NCBI GenBank assembly: GCA_965223705.1
Contig: OZ245015.1
Coordinates: 1,024,001 to 1,088,000 of the forward strand
Source of the DNA: Myxococcota bacterium
GTDB taxonomy: Bacteria; Myxococcota_A; UBA9160; UBA6930
DNA length: 64,000 nucleotides
Direction: 5' to 3'
The position numbers were made by a program, and so were the translations under genes. Every line of letters begins with the position of its first letter. Position 1 is the stretch's first letter. A model generated the notes under the pieces. That model searched no databases. It saw only the letters and a list, made by a program, of their open reading frames with translations, and was not told where the DNA came from. Positions 9,462-17,879 of the stretch are shown here, one piece after another.

Positions 9462-9805
9462 TGGAGCTCGTCGCTCTGGGCGAAGTCGTACACATCATCG
9501 AGCGCCGGGCGTTTCCCGGCGACGTGCGTCGTCACTTCATCGGCCACGTCGAGGCGGCGACGGCGGCGGCCATTCGGGTCCGGGGCTGGCTGTTCGTCTA
9601 CGACGCCGGTGCGCGCGAGTTCGTGAAGAAGCCCGAACAGCGGACGCGCCTCATCCCCGTCGACAACCACGTCATTGTGAACCTTCTCCCCGCCACGGTG
9701 AACGTCGATGCGGTCCACTACTTCCGGGACGCCGAGGGCAACCTCTCGCTGACCGACGGCGCGGATTTCGAGCTCGACGTGAGCGAGTTCAGCCCGACCG
9801 ATTGA
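9461..9805 (+). CDS. Hypothetical protein (114 aa, beta-rich)
   Basis: ATG overlaps the DciA stop (TGATG), GGAGG SD upstream, host-like codon usage; MELVALGEVVHIIERR... Confidence 0.7.
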   Translation: MELVALGEVVHIIERRAFPGDVRRHFIGHVEAATAAAIRVRGWLFVYDAGAREFVKKPEQRTRLIPVDNHVIVNLLPATVNVDAVHYFRDAEGNLSLTDGADFELDVSEFSPTD

Positions 9806-9811
9806 AGGCAG

Positions 9812-9839
9812 TTGACCCGACCCCCCGGTCTCCTACCCT
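9812..9839 (+). promoter_or_regulatory. Putative sigma70 promoter of the rpsP operon
   Basis: TTGACC (9812-17), 16-nt spacer, TACCCT (9834-39), ending 54 nt before the rpsP ATG. Confidence 0.6.
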
Positions 9840-9893
9840 TAGCTGCCTTCCCGGGCCCCCTTCGCCCGGCGAACCAAGAGGACACAGACTTCC

Positions 9894-10181
9894 ATGGTGA
9901 AGATTCGTCTCAAGCGCGCCGGCGCGAAAAAGCGCCCGTTCTACCGGGTGATCGCCATCGATTCGAGAAAGCCGCGAGACGGCCGCGCCCTCGAATACTT
10001 GGGCACGTACGACCCGATGGGCGAGCCCTCGAAGATCAAGCTCGAAACGGCGCGGATCGAACACTGGGTGTCGCAAGGCGCTCAGATGAGCAGCCAGGTC
10101 AAGACGCTGATGAAGCACGCCAAGAACCAACCGGCGGCGCCGCCCGCGCCCGCGGCTCCCGCCGCGCCGAGCGAGGCGTAG
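9894..10181 (+). CDS. rpsP: 30S ribosomal protein S16
   Basis: MVKIRLKRAGAKKRPFYRVIAIDSRKPRDGRALEYLGTYDP. Confidence 0.98.
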   Translation: MVKIRLKRAGAKKRPFYRVIAIDSRKPRDGRALEYLGTYDPMGEPSKIKLETARIEHWVSQGAQMSSQVKTLMKHAKNQPAAPPAPAAPAAPSEA

Positions 10182-10184
10182 CTC

Positions 10185-10418
10185 GTGGCCGAAGAAAAGA
10201 GCCCCGAAGGCCTGATCGAGTTCATCGCGAAGGGCATCGTCGACAACCCCGACGACATCCAGGTCAACGTTCGCGACGACTCGCTGATCGAGCTCGAGAG
10301 CCACGCCGAAGATCGGGGCCGGGTGATCGGACGGCAGGGCCGCGTCGCGAAGGCCATGCGCGCGGTACTCGCCGCTTCCCGCAACGGCGGGGGCTACCGC
10401 CTCGATATCGTTGACTGA
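10185..10418 (+). CDS. khpA: KH-domain RNA-binding protein KhpA
   Basis: LIEFIAKGIVDNPDDI...DRGRVIGRQGRVAKAMR; canonical position between rpsP and rimM. Confidence 0.9.
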   Translation: MAEEKSPEGLIEFIAKGIVDNPDDIQVNVRDDSLIELESHAEDRGRVIGRQGRVAKAMRAVLAASRNGGGYRLDIVD

Positions 10419-10980
10419 CGCCGCCCGCGTCACCCTCGGGCGCGTGCTCGGCGCCCACGGCGTGCGCGGCGGCGTTCGGGTCCGCTTTTTCGGCGACGGC
10501 CCGAGCCACCTTCTCGAAGCAGAAACCCTCATCGTGACGCCCGCGGAAGGGCGTCCACGCAGCCACGAAGTCTCCCGCGCGTCGGCCGGGCGCCCCGGCG
10601 AGGTGCGGGTGTTCTTCGCGGACGTGACCTCGCGCGAAGCCGCCGAGGCGCTTCGGGGCGCCACGGTGGAGATCGCCCAGGCCGCGCTCGATGCGCTTCC
10701 CGAGGGCGAGTTCTACTGGTTCGAGCTCGTCGGCTGCGCGGTCCACACCGAATCCGGCGAAGCCGTCGGCACCGTGCGCGAATTGTGGGAGACCGGCCCC
10801 CAGGATCTTCTCGTCGTCGAAGGCGGAGACGGCCGCGATCGCCTCATTCCGACGAACCGCGATCTCGTACCCGAGATCGATCTCGCGGCCCGACGGGTCG
10901 TCGTGGTGGATCTCCCCGGGCTCCTCGAGCCGGCCGAGCCTCGGCGCGGCGAGGGGGCCTCGACGTCCCCGACGCGCTGA
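10411..10980 (+). CDS. rimM: Ribosome maturation factor RimM
   Basis: LGRVLGAHGVRG, REAAEALRG, LPEGEFYWFELVG, PRC-barrel C-terminus; synteny. Confidence 0.95.
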   Translation: MTDAARVTLGRVLGAHGVRGGVRVRFFGDGPSHLLEAETLIVTPAEGRPRSHEVSRASAGRPGEVRVFFADVTSREAAEALRGATVEIAQAALDALPEGEFYWFELVGCAVHTESGEAVGTVRELWETGPQDLLVVEGGDGRDRLIPTNRDLVPEIDLAARRVVVVDLPGLLEPAEPRRGEGASTSPTR

Positions 10981-10989
10981 GCCGCGCCG

Positions 10990-11709
10990 ATGCCGCCGCC
11001 CCGGATCGACGTCCTGACCCTCTTCCCGGGCCTGTTCGATGCGTTTTTGAAGCTCGGTGTGCTCGGGGCCGGGGTCGAGGCGGGCCTCCTGGCCGTTCAG
11101 ACGCACGATCTCCGGGAGTACACCACCGATCGCCACCGGACCGTGGATGACGAGCCCTACGGCGGCGGACCGGGCATGGTGATGAAGCCCGAGCCCCTGG
11201 TTACCGCGATCGAAGACATCGCCGGTCCCAAGGGCGAAGGGCGCGAAAAGCGCGTGGTTTTACTCACACCTCGCGGTCGGCGCTTCGACGGCGCGCTGGC
11301 CTCCGACTTCGCGCGGCACATCCAGTCCGGCCGGGGGCTCGTCCTCGTCTGCGGTCGATACGAAGGCGTCGACGAGCGCGTATGCGAGCTCGCTATCGAC
11401 GAAGAGGTCTCGATCGGCGATTTCGTCCTGTCGGGCGGGGAGGTCGCCGCCATGGTCGTCGTCGAGGCGGTCTCGCGCTTTGTGCCCGGTGTGCTAGGTA
11501 ACCCAGCCTCACTCGAAACCGAATCGTTCGAGGGAGAACTCCTCGAAGGGCCCCAGTACACGAGGCCAGCGGAGTTCCGGGGCTTGACCGTCCCCGAGGT
11601 GCTTCGCTCCGGAAACCACGCCGCTATCGCGAGCTGGCGTTCGGAGCAAGCGGAAGCGCTGACGCGACGACGTCGGCCGGATTTGCAGGGCAAGGAGAAA
11701 GCGCGATGA
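10990..11709 (+). CDS. trmD: tRNA (guanine-N1)-methyltransferase
   Basis: [57 protein letters not shown]. Confidence 0.98.
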   Translation: MPPPRIDVLTLFPGLFDAFLKLGVLGAGVEAGLLAVQTHDLREYTTDRHRTVDDEPYGGGPGMVMKPEPLVTAIEDIAGPKGEGREKRVVLLTPRGRRFDGALASDFARHIQSGRGLVLVCGRYEGVDERVCELAIDEEVSIGDFVLSGGEVAAMVVVEAVSRFVPGVLGNPASLETESFEGELLEGPQYTRPAEFRGLTVPEVLRSGNHAAIASWRSEQAEALTRRRRPDLQGKEKAR

Positions 11710-12212
11710 GTCTGGTCGATTACGTCGAGAGCAAAGTGGGTCGTCGCGATCTTCCGCCCTTCCGCCCCGGCGACACCGTTCGCGTGAGCGTCCGGGTGAG
11801 CGAAGGCGACAAAGAGCGCACCCAGGTCTTCGAAGGCGTCGTCATCCGGCGTCGTGGCGGTGGCGCTTCGGCGACCTTCACCGTCCGCAAAATCTCCTAC
11901 GGCGTCGGCGTCGAACGGATCTTTCCCGTCGAATCGCCCTCGGTTCAGAAAATCGAGATCAAGAGCCGCGGCCACGTGCGGCGGTCGCGCCTCTACTACC
12001 TGCGAGAGCTCCGCGGCAAGAAAGCGCGCCTGCGCACCAAGCTCCGCGATCTGTCGGCGCTCGTTCCGCCCGAGCCCGAGGAGATCGAGGAGCAGATCGC
12101 CGAAACCATCGACGAAGTGCCGCCGGAGCCCGAAGCCGAGACGGAAGCCTCTGCTGAGGGCGAGGCGCCTGCCGAAGACGCCGCACCCGCCGAAGGCGAA
12201 GACAAAGCCTGA
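11706..12212 (+). CDS. rplS: 50S ribosomal protein L19 (with acidic C-terminal tail)
   Basis: [47 protein letters not shown]. Confidence 0.98.
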   Translation: MSLVDYVESKVGRRDLPPFRPGDTVRVSVRVSEGDKERTQVFEGVVIRRRGGGASATFTVRKISYGVGVERIFPVESPSVQKIEIKSRGHVRRSRLYYLRELRGKKARLRTKLRDLSALVPPEPEEIEEQIAETIDEVPPEPEAETEASAEGEAPAEDAAPAEGEDKA

Positions 12213-12214
12213 CG

Positions 12215-12598
12215 CTAGTCGCCCGCTTCGAACGCACCCGGCAGGTGCGTGATCTGCCACGCGCCGTCGCGACCCCGCAAGCACGTGATGACATCGAACC
12301 GCACCGACGGTATGTGAGTCGGCGCACCCGCAAGCCAAGCCGCCGCGCCGCGCACAAGGCGGGCCCGTTTCCGAAAATCCACCGCTTCTTCGGCCGCAAA
12401 CCCCGCCGGCGCGGCGCGCGACTTCACCTCGATGAACACCACCGTCCGCTTCACCGCGGCCACCAAGTCGATCTCGACGCCGCCCGCGCGTACGTTGCGG
12501 GCGAGGATCCGATAGCCTTGACGCTCGAGGTAGGACGCCGCGCGCGCTTCCCCCGCCGCGCCGAGAGCACGGCGCGAGTCCGGTTGTTTTGCTTGCAA
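12215..12598 (-). CDS. YraN family (UPF0102) endonuclease-like protein
   Basis: LGAAGEARAASYLERQGYRILARNVR..GVEIDLVA...VFIEVKSR...RFDVI. Start uncertain; TTG chosen within track ORF 12215..13240. Confidence 0.88.
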   Translation of the reverse strand: MQAKQPDSRRALGAAGEARAASYLERQGYRILARNVRAGGVEIDLVAAVKRTVVFIEVKSRAAPAGFAAEEAVDFRKRARLVRGAAAWLAGAPTHIPSVRFDVITCLRGRDGAWQITHLPGAFEAGD

Positions 12599-12664
12599 GG
12601 GGTCATCCGACGGGACCGTCGGGGCTGAGCCCGAACCTAGCGCAAGCCGAGCCCAGGAGAGCAG

Positions 12665-13498
12665 GTGGCCAAGCTCTACATCACCGCGACTCCCATCGGA
12701 AACATGGACGACATCACCCTCCGCGCGTTGCGCGTGCTCGCCGAAGTGAACATCGTGCTTGCGGAAGACACGCGACACACCGGCAAGCTCCTCGCGCGCC
12801 ACAACATCAAGCGCCCGATGGTCTCCTTCCACGAGCACAACGAGAAAGCGCGCGAGGAGCGGGTGCTGCTCGCGCTCGAGGCCGGCAAGGACGTGGCCCT
12901 CGTGACCGACGCCGGCACGCCGCTGATCTCCGACCCGGGCCAGCGCCTCGTCGCCGCGGTGCACGAGGCGGGGCATGAGGTGGTGGTTTTGCCGGGGGCG
13001 TCGGCGGTGATCGCGGCGGTTGTGGGATCGGGACTGCCGGCCACGCCGTTCACTTTCGTGGGGTTCTTGCCTCGGAAGAAGGGGGAGCGGCGAAGGGTGC
13101 TCGAGAGGCTCGCTGGGAGGGAGGAGACGCTGGTTTTTTTTGAGTCTCCGAAGCGGGTTGCGGCGACGCTTGGGGAGCTTGCCGAGTCTTTCGGAGAGAG
13201 TCGTCTCGGCTGCATCGCGAGGGAGTTGACGAAAGTTCACGAGGAGTTTCGAAAAGGAACCCTGGGTGCGCTTGCGGAGAGCCTACGGGAGACCCCGGTC
13301 CGCGGTGAGATCACGCTTCTCGTCGAGGGCAACGAGGATCGGCGGGTGCCGACGGATGAATTCGTCGATCGAGCTATTCAGCGAGCACTCGACGAAGGGC
13401 ACACAGCGCGCGACGCCGCACGGCTCGTCAGCGAAGAGACGAGCATCCCCAAGCGGGAAGTGTATTCGCGGATTATCGAGCGCGAGGAGTCAAGCTGA
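12665..13498 (+). CDS. rsmI: 16S rRNA (cytidine1402-2'-O)-methyltransferase
   Basis: LYITATPIGNMDDITLRA, AEDTR, DAGTPLISDPG, FVGFLP, FFESP, RELTKVHEE, RGE. Confidence 0.97.
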   Translation: MAKLYITATPIGNMDDITLRALRVLAEVNIVLAEDTRHTGKLLARHNIKRPMVSFHEHNEKAREERVLLALEAGKDVALVTDAGTPLISDPGQRLVAAVHEAGHEVVVLPGASAVIAAVVGSGLPATPFTFVGFLPRKKGERRRVLERLAGREETLVFFESPKRVAATLGELAESFGESRLGCIARELTKVHEEFRKGTLGALAESLRETPVRGEITLLVEGNEDRRVPTDEFVDRAIQRALDEGHTARDAARLVSEETSIPKREVYSRIIEREESS

Positions 13499-14221
13499 CG
13501 GCTTCCGTATCGTCGCTATCAACAGTATTCGGAAGGCTTCTAGCCAAGGCGTCGCGTTGACCGTCCGTTCGTAGGCAGCCCCGAACAAATAGGTGAGCCC
13601 CGAGATTCGCATGTACTCCGGGCGACCTTCGATTCGTTCGATGGCATCGATTTCGAAACCTGTAGACCGCGCGAGCTTCTCGACGGCCCTCCGTGAGTTC
13701 GCGCGGTATCGCGTCGGGAAGGTGTCGGCCTCCGGACGACCCCGGAGACGGTTGAACCACTGGTGAAACGCGGTGGGGGTTGCCGAGGCAATCAACGGCA
13801 TGTAGTGCCATCGGTTGGGAGTCTTGAAGAGGAACCGGCCCCCTGGGCGCAGAACACGATGGACTTCACGAAACACCACTCCTGGCTCTTCTAGATGCTC
13901 GGCGACGTTGTCCGAAAACACCACGTCGAATGCGCCGGATTCGAAGGGGAGAGAGTCTCCCAACCCGATGTGCGCCTCATCTAGGAAGGGATTCTCAACA
14001 ACTCGGGGGTCCGGATCGATGCCTACAACCCGCGCGGCAAGGCCTCGGAAGTTCATTTCTGGGATACGCCCGATACCGGCCCCGAGGTCAAGGACCTGGG
14101 ACTCCGAGTCAACGGACTTGAGGATCCGGTCTCGGAATAGGCGGTCATCCCAACGGTCGGAGTGGTTCCCGTAAAGCCGCTGGTCGATCCAGCCGACGAG
14201 AGTTCGTGACTTGCCGTTCAC
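13490..14221 (-). CDS. Class I SAM-dependent methyltransferase
   Basis: VLDLGAGIG, VVGIDPD, LPFESGAFDVV, EHLEEP..VFREVHRVLRPGGRF. Start is GTG 14221 or TTG 14248. Confidence 0.9.
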   Translation of the reverse strand: MNGKSRTLVGWIDQRLYGNHSDRWDDRLFRDRILKSVDSESQVLDLGAGIGRIPEMNFRGLAARVVGIDPDPRVVENPFLDEAHIGLGDSLPFESGAFDVVFSDNVAEHLEEPGVVFREVHRVLRPGGRFLFKTPNRWHYMPLIASATPTAFHQWFNRLRGRPEADTFPTRYRANSRRAVEKLARSTGFEIDAIERIEGRPEYMRISGLTYLFGAAYERTVNATPWLEAFRILLIATIRKPSA

Positions 14222-14274
14222 GGCCCGGGAGCGTAACGCACGGTGCAAGCCAGGAGTCGTTAGACTCCTCCGCC

Positions 14275-15378
14275 GTGAAAGAAATTGTCCTCGTTGCGGG
14301 CGCTCGACCCAACTTCATGAAGATTGGACCGATTGCGCACGCCCTGTCGAACCACACTCGGTTGTCGGGCTATTTGGTGCACACGGGCCAGCACTACGAC
14401 ACAGCTATGTCGGATCAGTTCTTTAAAGAACTCGGGATACCGGAGCCGGACGTAAACCTCGGGGTTGGCGGTGGCACGCACGGTGCTATGACGGCGCGAG
14501 TCCTAGAGAAGATGGAAGAACTCCTCATGGAACGTCGACCCGCGGCCGTTCTCGTTGTCGGGGACGTAAATTCCACGATTGCTGCGGCTCTGGCGGCCGC
14601 AAAGCTCGGTATTCCTATCGCGCACGTCGAAGCAGGGCTTCGGTCTTTCGATCGCGAAATGCCCGAAGAAATCAACCGGGTGCTGACCGATCGCATTTCC
14701 GACTGGCTTTTCACGACAGAGCCCGAAGGTGATGCGAATCTGTTGCGCGAAGGGGTCGACCGCTCAAGGATCTTCCGTGTCGGCAACGTGATGATCGATA
14801 GCCTGCTCGGGAACCTCGAGAAAGCTAAGTCACGAAGGACACCGTCCCGATTCGGGCTACGCGAAGGAGCATACGGCCTGGTCACATTGCACAGGCCGAG
14901 CAACGTCGATGATCCGGTTCAGCTCCGCGCTCTATTCGATGTCCTCGATGAGATTCACCGGGAACTCCCGCTACTTTTCCCGATGCACCCACGTACGCGA
15001 CAAGCCGTACGTGACAAGATGGGCGGACATTCGCCCGAACTGCGCGTCGTTAATCCTCTCGGCTATCACGAATTTCTCGGCCTCATGTCGGACGCCAAGC
15101 TCGTCTTGACCGATTCCGGCGGCGTGCAAGAAGAGACCACGGCCTTGGGTGTTCCCTGTATCACGTTGCGGGAGAACACGGAGCGCCCTGTTACAGTGAC
15201 GCATGGGACGAACGTGATCGCGGGGCGAGATCCAGAAACGATTCGCATGGAGGCGCGAACGGTGCTTGACGGCGGCGGAAAGGCGGGGAGGGTTCCGGAG
15301 CTTTGGGATGGGAACGCGGCCCCTCGAATTGTTGATATTCTGGCAGCAGAGCTCGACTGCCAGCAACGGCCGTACTAA
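14275..15378 (+). CDS. wecB: UDP-N-acetylglucosamine 2-epimerase (non-hydrolysing)
   Basis: VAGARPNFMK, HTGQHYD, VVGDVNST, HVEAGLRS, MPEEINR, TLHRPSNVD, TDSGGVQEE, RENTERP. Confidence 0.95.
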   Translation: MKEIVLVAGARPNFMKIGPIAHALSNHTRLSGYLVHTGQHYDTAMSDQFFKELGIPEPDVNLGVGGGTHGAMTARVLEKMEELLMERRPAAVLVVGDVNSTIAAALAAAKLGIPIAHVEAGLRSFDREMPEEINRVLTDRISDWLFTTEPEGDANLLREGVDRSRIFRVGNVMIDSLLGNLEKAKSRRTPSRFGLREGAYGLVTLHRPSNVDDPVQLRALFDVLDEIHRELPLLFPMHPRTRQAVRDKMGGHSPELRVVNPLGYHEFLGLMSDAKLVLTDSGGVQEETTALGVPCITLRENTERPVTVTHGTNVIAGRDPETIRMEARTVLDGGGKAGRVPELWDGNAAPRIVDILAAELDCQQRPY

Positions 15379-16634
15379 GGGCTCCGACGGGACCAATCGC
15401 GGCTGTGCGTCCGGTCTTTGCGGATACTGAGAACGGCTTCGAGCATTTGCCGAGCGAGGTCACGCCTTCGGAAACGCGTCGTCACGGCTCGATAGCCGGA
15501 TTCGCCCAAGTCGCATCTTAAAGACGCGTCATCGCGAAGAGTTCGGAGAGCAGAGACAAGTCCCTCCGCATCCCCTGGCTGAAAAGCTATTCCACAACGA
15601 GCCTCGTCTACCACGATCCGCTTGCTTTCCCCTCGCACTCCGATGACGATTGGTTTCTTGAGTGCCATCGCTTCGAAGATCTTTGAGGGTATGACTGTCT
15701 CGAACAATGGGTCATCTTTCAGGAGGACCATTGAAACATCGCACGCATTCAATACTTGCAGTGCCTCGGTCCGCGTACGACCGTCGAGCAACGAGACGCT
15801 ACGGAGCTTCAGCCGGTCGACCTCGCTCCGTAGGGCATCCTTATCAGCGCCTTCACCCATCACGAGAAAACGAATCTGAGGGTCTGTCTCAGTCAAGATC
15901 GCGGCTGCCCTCAGGATCGTTTCGAGACCGTGCGCAAGACCGAGCGTGCCAATGTAGGCACAGACGAACTCATCTTCGGACAGCCCGAGGCATCTCCGCA
16001 CAGAGGCTGGGGCGGCTATTTTGAGATGGTCGGGGTCAATTCCGTTGGTGACCACGCATATCCGGCTTTCCGCGGTACCGAGCCGGCGCAGGTGGGCTGC
16101 GAAGGAGTCCGTTACGGGCACCACGAGATCCGCTCTTCGATACAAGAACCTCGCGAGAGCCTCAAAGGGGCGAAGCCACTTCAAATCGAGAGCGCCCACC
16201 GCGGCTATAGACTCAGGCCACAGATCCCGTACTTCAAACACGAAAGGCACTCGCCGGAGCTTCGCGACGCCGAATCCGGCTAGGGCCGTGAAGAATTGTG
16301 GAGACGTAGCAATCACGACGTCTGGTTTTGGCAGGAACAACGACCGGAGAGCGCCGTTGATCGCAAAGCTGACGAAATCAAGCGTCCTTCGAAACATCCC
16401 TTGGTTCGGCGCTATATAGCTCCATACACGGGTTGTGCGGATTCCACCTTCTTCTTCAGTGCTCAATCGGTTGCGGTAGCCCTCAAACAATTTTCCCTTC
16501 GGAAAGTTTGGCGCACACGTAACAACATCAATAGTGTGACCGAGCCTTGCCCACTCCCGAACGTGCTCGCTCGTTCGGATGGCAGGGGCGTTCGTCTCCG
16601 GCGGGTAGTTGTCTGAGAGGAAAAGTATTCGCAT
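15375..16634 (-). CDS. Glycosyltransferase family 4 (WbuB-like)
   Basis: MRILFLSDNYPPE, PNFPKG, ATSPQFF, FEVRDLWPESI, YIGTLGLAHGL, PSKIFEAMA. Confidence 0.92.
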   Translation of the reverse strand: MRILFLSDNYPPETNAPAIRTSEHVREWARLGHTIDVVTCAPNFPKGKLFEGYRNRLSTEEEGGIRTTRVWSYIAPNQGMFRRTLDFVSFAINGALRSLFLPKPDVVIATSPQFFTALAGFGVAKLRRVPFVFEVRDLWPESIAAVGALDLKWLRPFEALARFLYRRADLVVPVTDSFAAHLRRLGTAESRICVVTNGIDPDHLKIAAPASVRRCLGLSEDEFVCAYIGTLGLAHGLETILRAAAILTETDPQIRFLVMGEGADKDALRSEVDRLKLRSVSLLDGRTRTEALQVLNACDVSMVLLKDDPLFETVIPSKIFEAMALKKPIVIGVRGESKRIVVDEARCGIAFQPGDAEGLVSALRTLRDDASLRCDLGESGYRAVTTRFRRRDLARQMLEAVLSIRKDRTHSRDWSRRSP

Positions 16635-16991
16635 CAGAGGTGACGCCTACGCGAGGCGATCTGGACCATCGTTCTGTTGCGGGGGTAACAATGAGAGTTT
16701 GCCGCCCGCATGCATACCCGGCTTCGTACCCCCAAGGCTTAACCCACTTCGAGTTCCGTAATCGGTTGGATGCCCGATCCGCTGGACTCAGTCCCCTCCG
16801 GGGGCGGCTGCGCCCATGATCCTTCTCTACTGTTTAGTCAGAAGATGGCAACCCCCCAAAGTTATTTCTTGGCCTTTTGATTTGAGAGAACCGTTTCGGA
16901 TGAGTTCGTCGGAGAGCGCGGGGCTTGAACGACGAACTCGCGCTACGTTCGGCGCGGCCCGGTCTCGGTCGCCGATACGCAAGGAGGTTTG

Positions 16992-17879
16992 ATGGCAAAG
17001 CTCAACTCGATGGGAAAGCTGGGAGTTTGGACATGGTTTGACCACCTCGCGATGTCCGAAGCGGCGGAGCTCGTCGAGAGAATAGAAAACTGGGGATACT
17101 CCGCCCTCTGGATCCCAGAGGCCGTTGGTAAGGAACCGTTTTGCCAAATCGGCTACTTCGCGGCGAAGACAACAAAGCTGATCTTTGCGACGGGCATCGC
17201 GAACATCTACGCCCGGGACCCGATGAACATGAGGTCCATCCAAAAAACCCTATCCGGAGCCGCTCCTGGTCGCTTCGTCCTCGGGCTCGGAGTGTCACAT
17301 GGCCACCTCGTAAAAGGGCAGCGAGGTCACGAATACAGCAACAAACCGGTCAGCATGATGCGCGACTACCTGGAGAGAATGGAAAAATCCCTGTACATGG
17401 GTTTCGAGCCGGAAGAAGACGCTCCCATCGTCCTCGCGGCGCTGCGCAAGAACATGCTCAAGCTGTCGGCTGCGCAAACGCGTGGAGCGCACCCGTATCT
17501 CGTTCCGCCCGAGCACACCGCAAAGGCTCGGGAGATCTTGGGCAAGGACGCTTGGCTTTGCCCCGAACAAATGGTTCTCTGCGAGAGCGACGCCACGAAG
17601 GCGCGAGACATTTGTCGCGCGAACCTCAAAATCTACTTGGGGTTGCCTAACTACCAGAACAATCTGATCGATTTGGGCTTTTCCGAAGATGATTTCAAAA
17701 GCGGCGGTAGCGACCGCCTCGTGGATGCGATCGTTGCCTGGGGAGACGAGGAAGCGATTCAGGACCGGATTCAGGCGCACTGGGACGCGGGAGCCGACCA
17801 CGTTTGTATTCAGGCCTTCAGGCCCGATGGCAAGCCGGGTCCCGATGAGCGGCTCTTGGAGACTCTGGCCCCGGCCTAG
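16992..17879 (+). CDS. LLM-class (luciferase-like) probable F420-dependent oxidoreductase (MSMEG_4141/TIGR03620-like)
   Basis: GYSALWIPEA, FATGIANIYARD, GRFVLGLGVSH, LAALRKNML, GAHPYLVPPEHT, AGADHVCIQ. Strong SD AAGGAGG at 16981. Confidence 0.85.
   Translation: MAKLNSMGKLGVWTWFDHLAMSEAAELVERIENWGYSALWIPEAVGKEPFCQIGYFAAKTTKLIFATGIANIYARDPMNMRSIQKTLSGAAPGRFVLGLGVSHGHLVKGQRGHEYSNKPVSMMRDYLERMEKSLYMGFEPEEDAPIVLAALRKNMLKLSAAQTRGAHPYLVPPEHTAKAREILGKDAWLCPEQMVLCESDATKARDICRANLKIYLGLPNYQNNLIDLGFSEDDFKSGGSDRLVDAIVAWGDEEAIQDRIQAHWDAGADHVCIQAFRPDGKPGPDERLLETLAPA

Noticed and set aside
13134..13141. T8 homopolymer in rsmI as a phase-variation tract
   Set aside because: Short, in frame, and encodes the conserved V-F-F-E segment; explained by the local G/T skew.
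16635..16991. ncRNA or riboswitch in the 357-bp divergent intergenic region
   Set aside because: No recognisable family motif or strong stem; consistent with a plain divergent promoter region. An Rfam scan would settle it.
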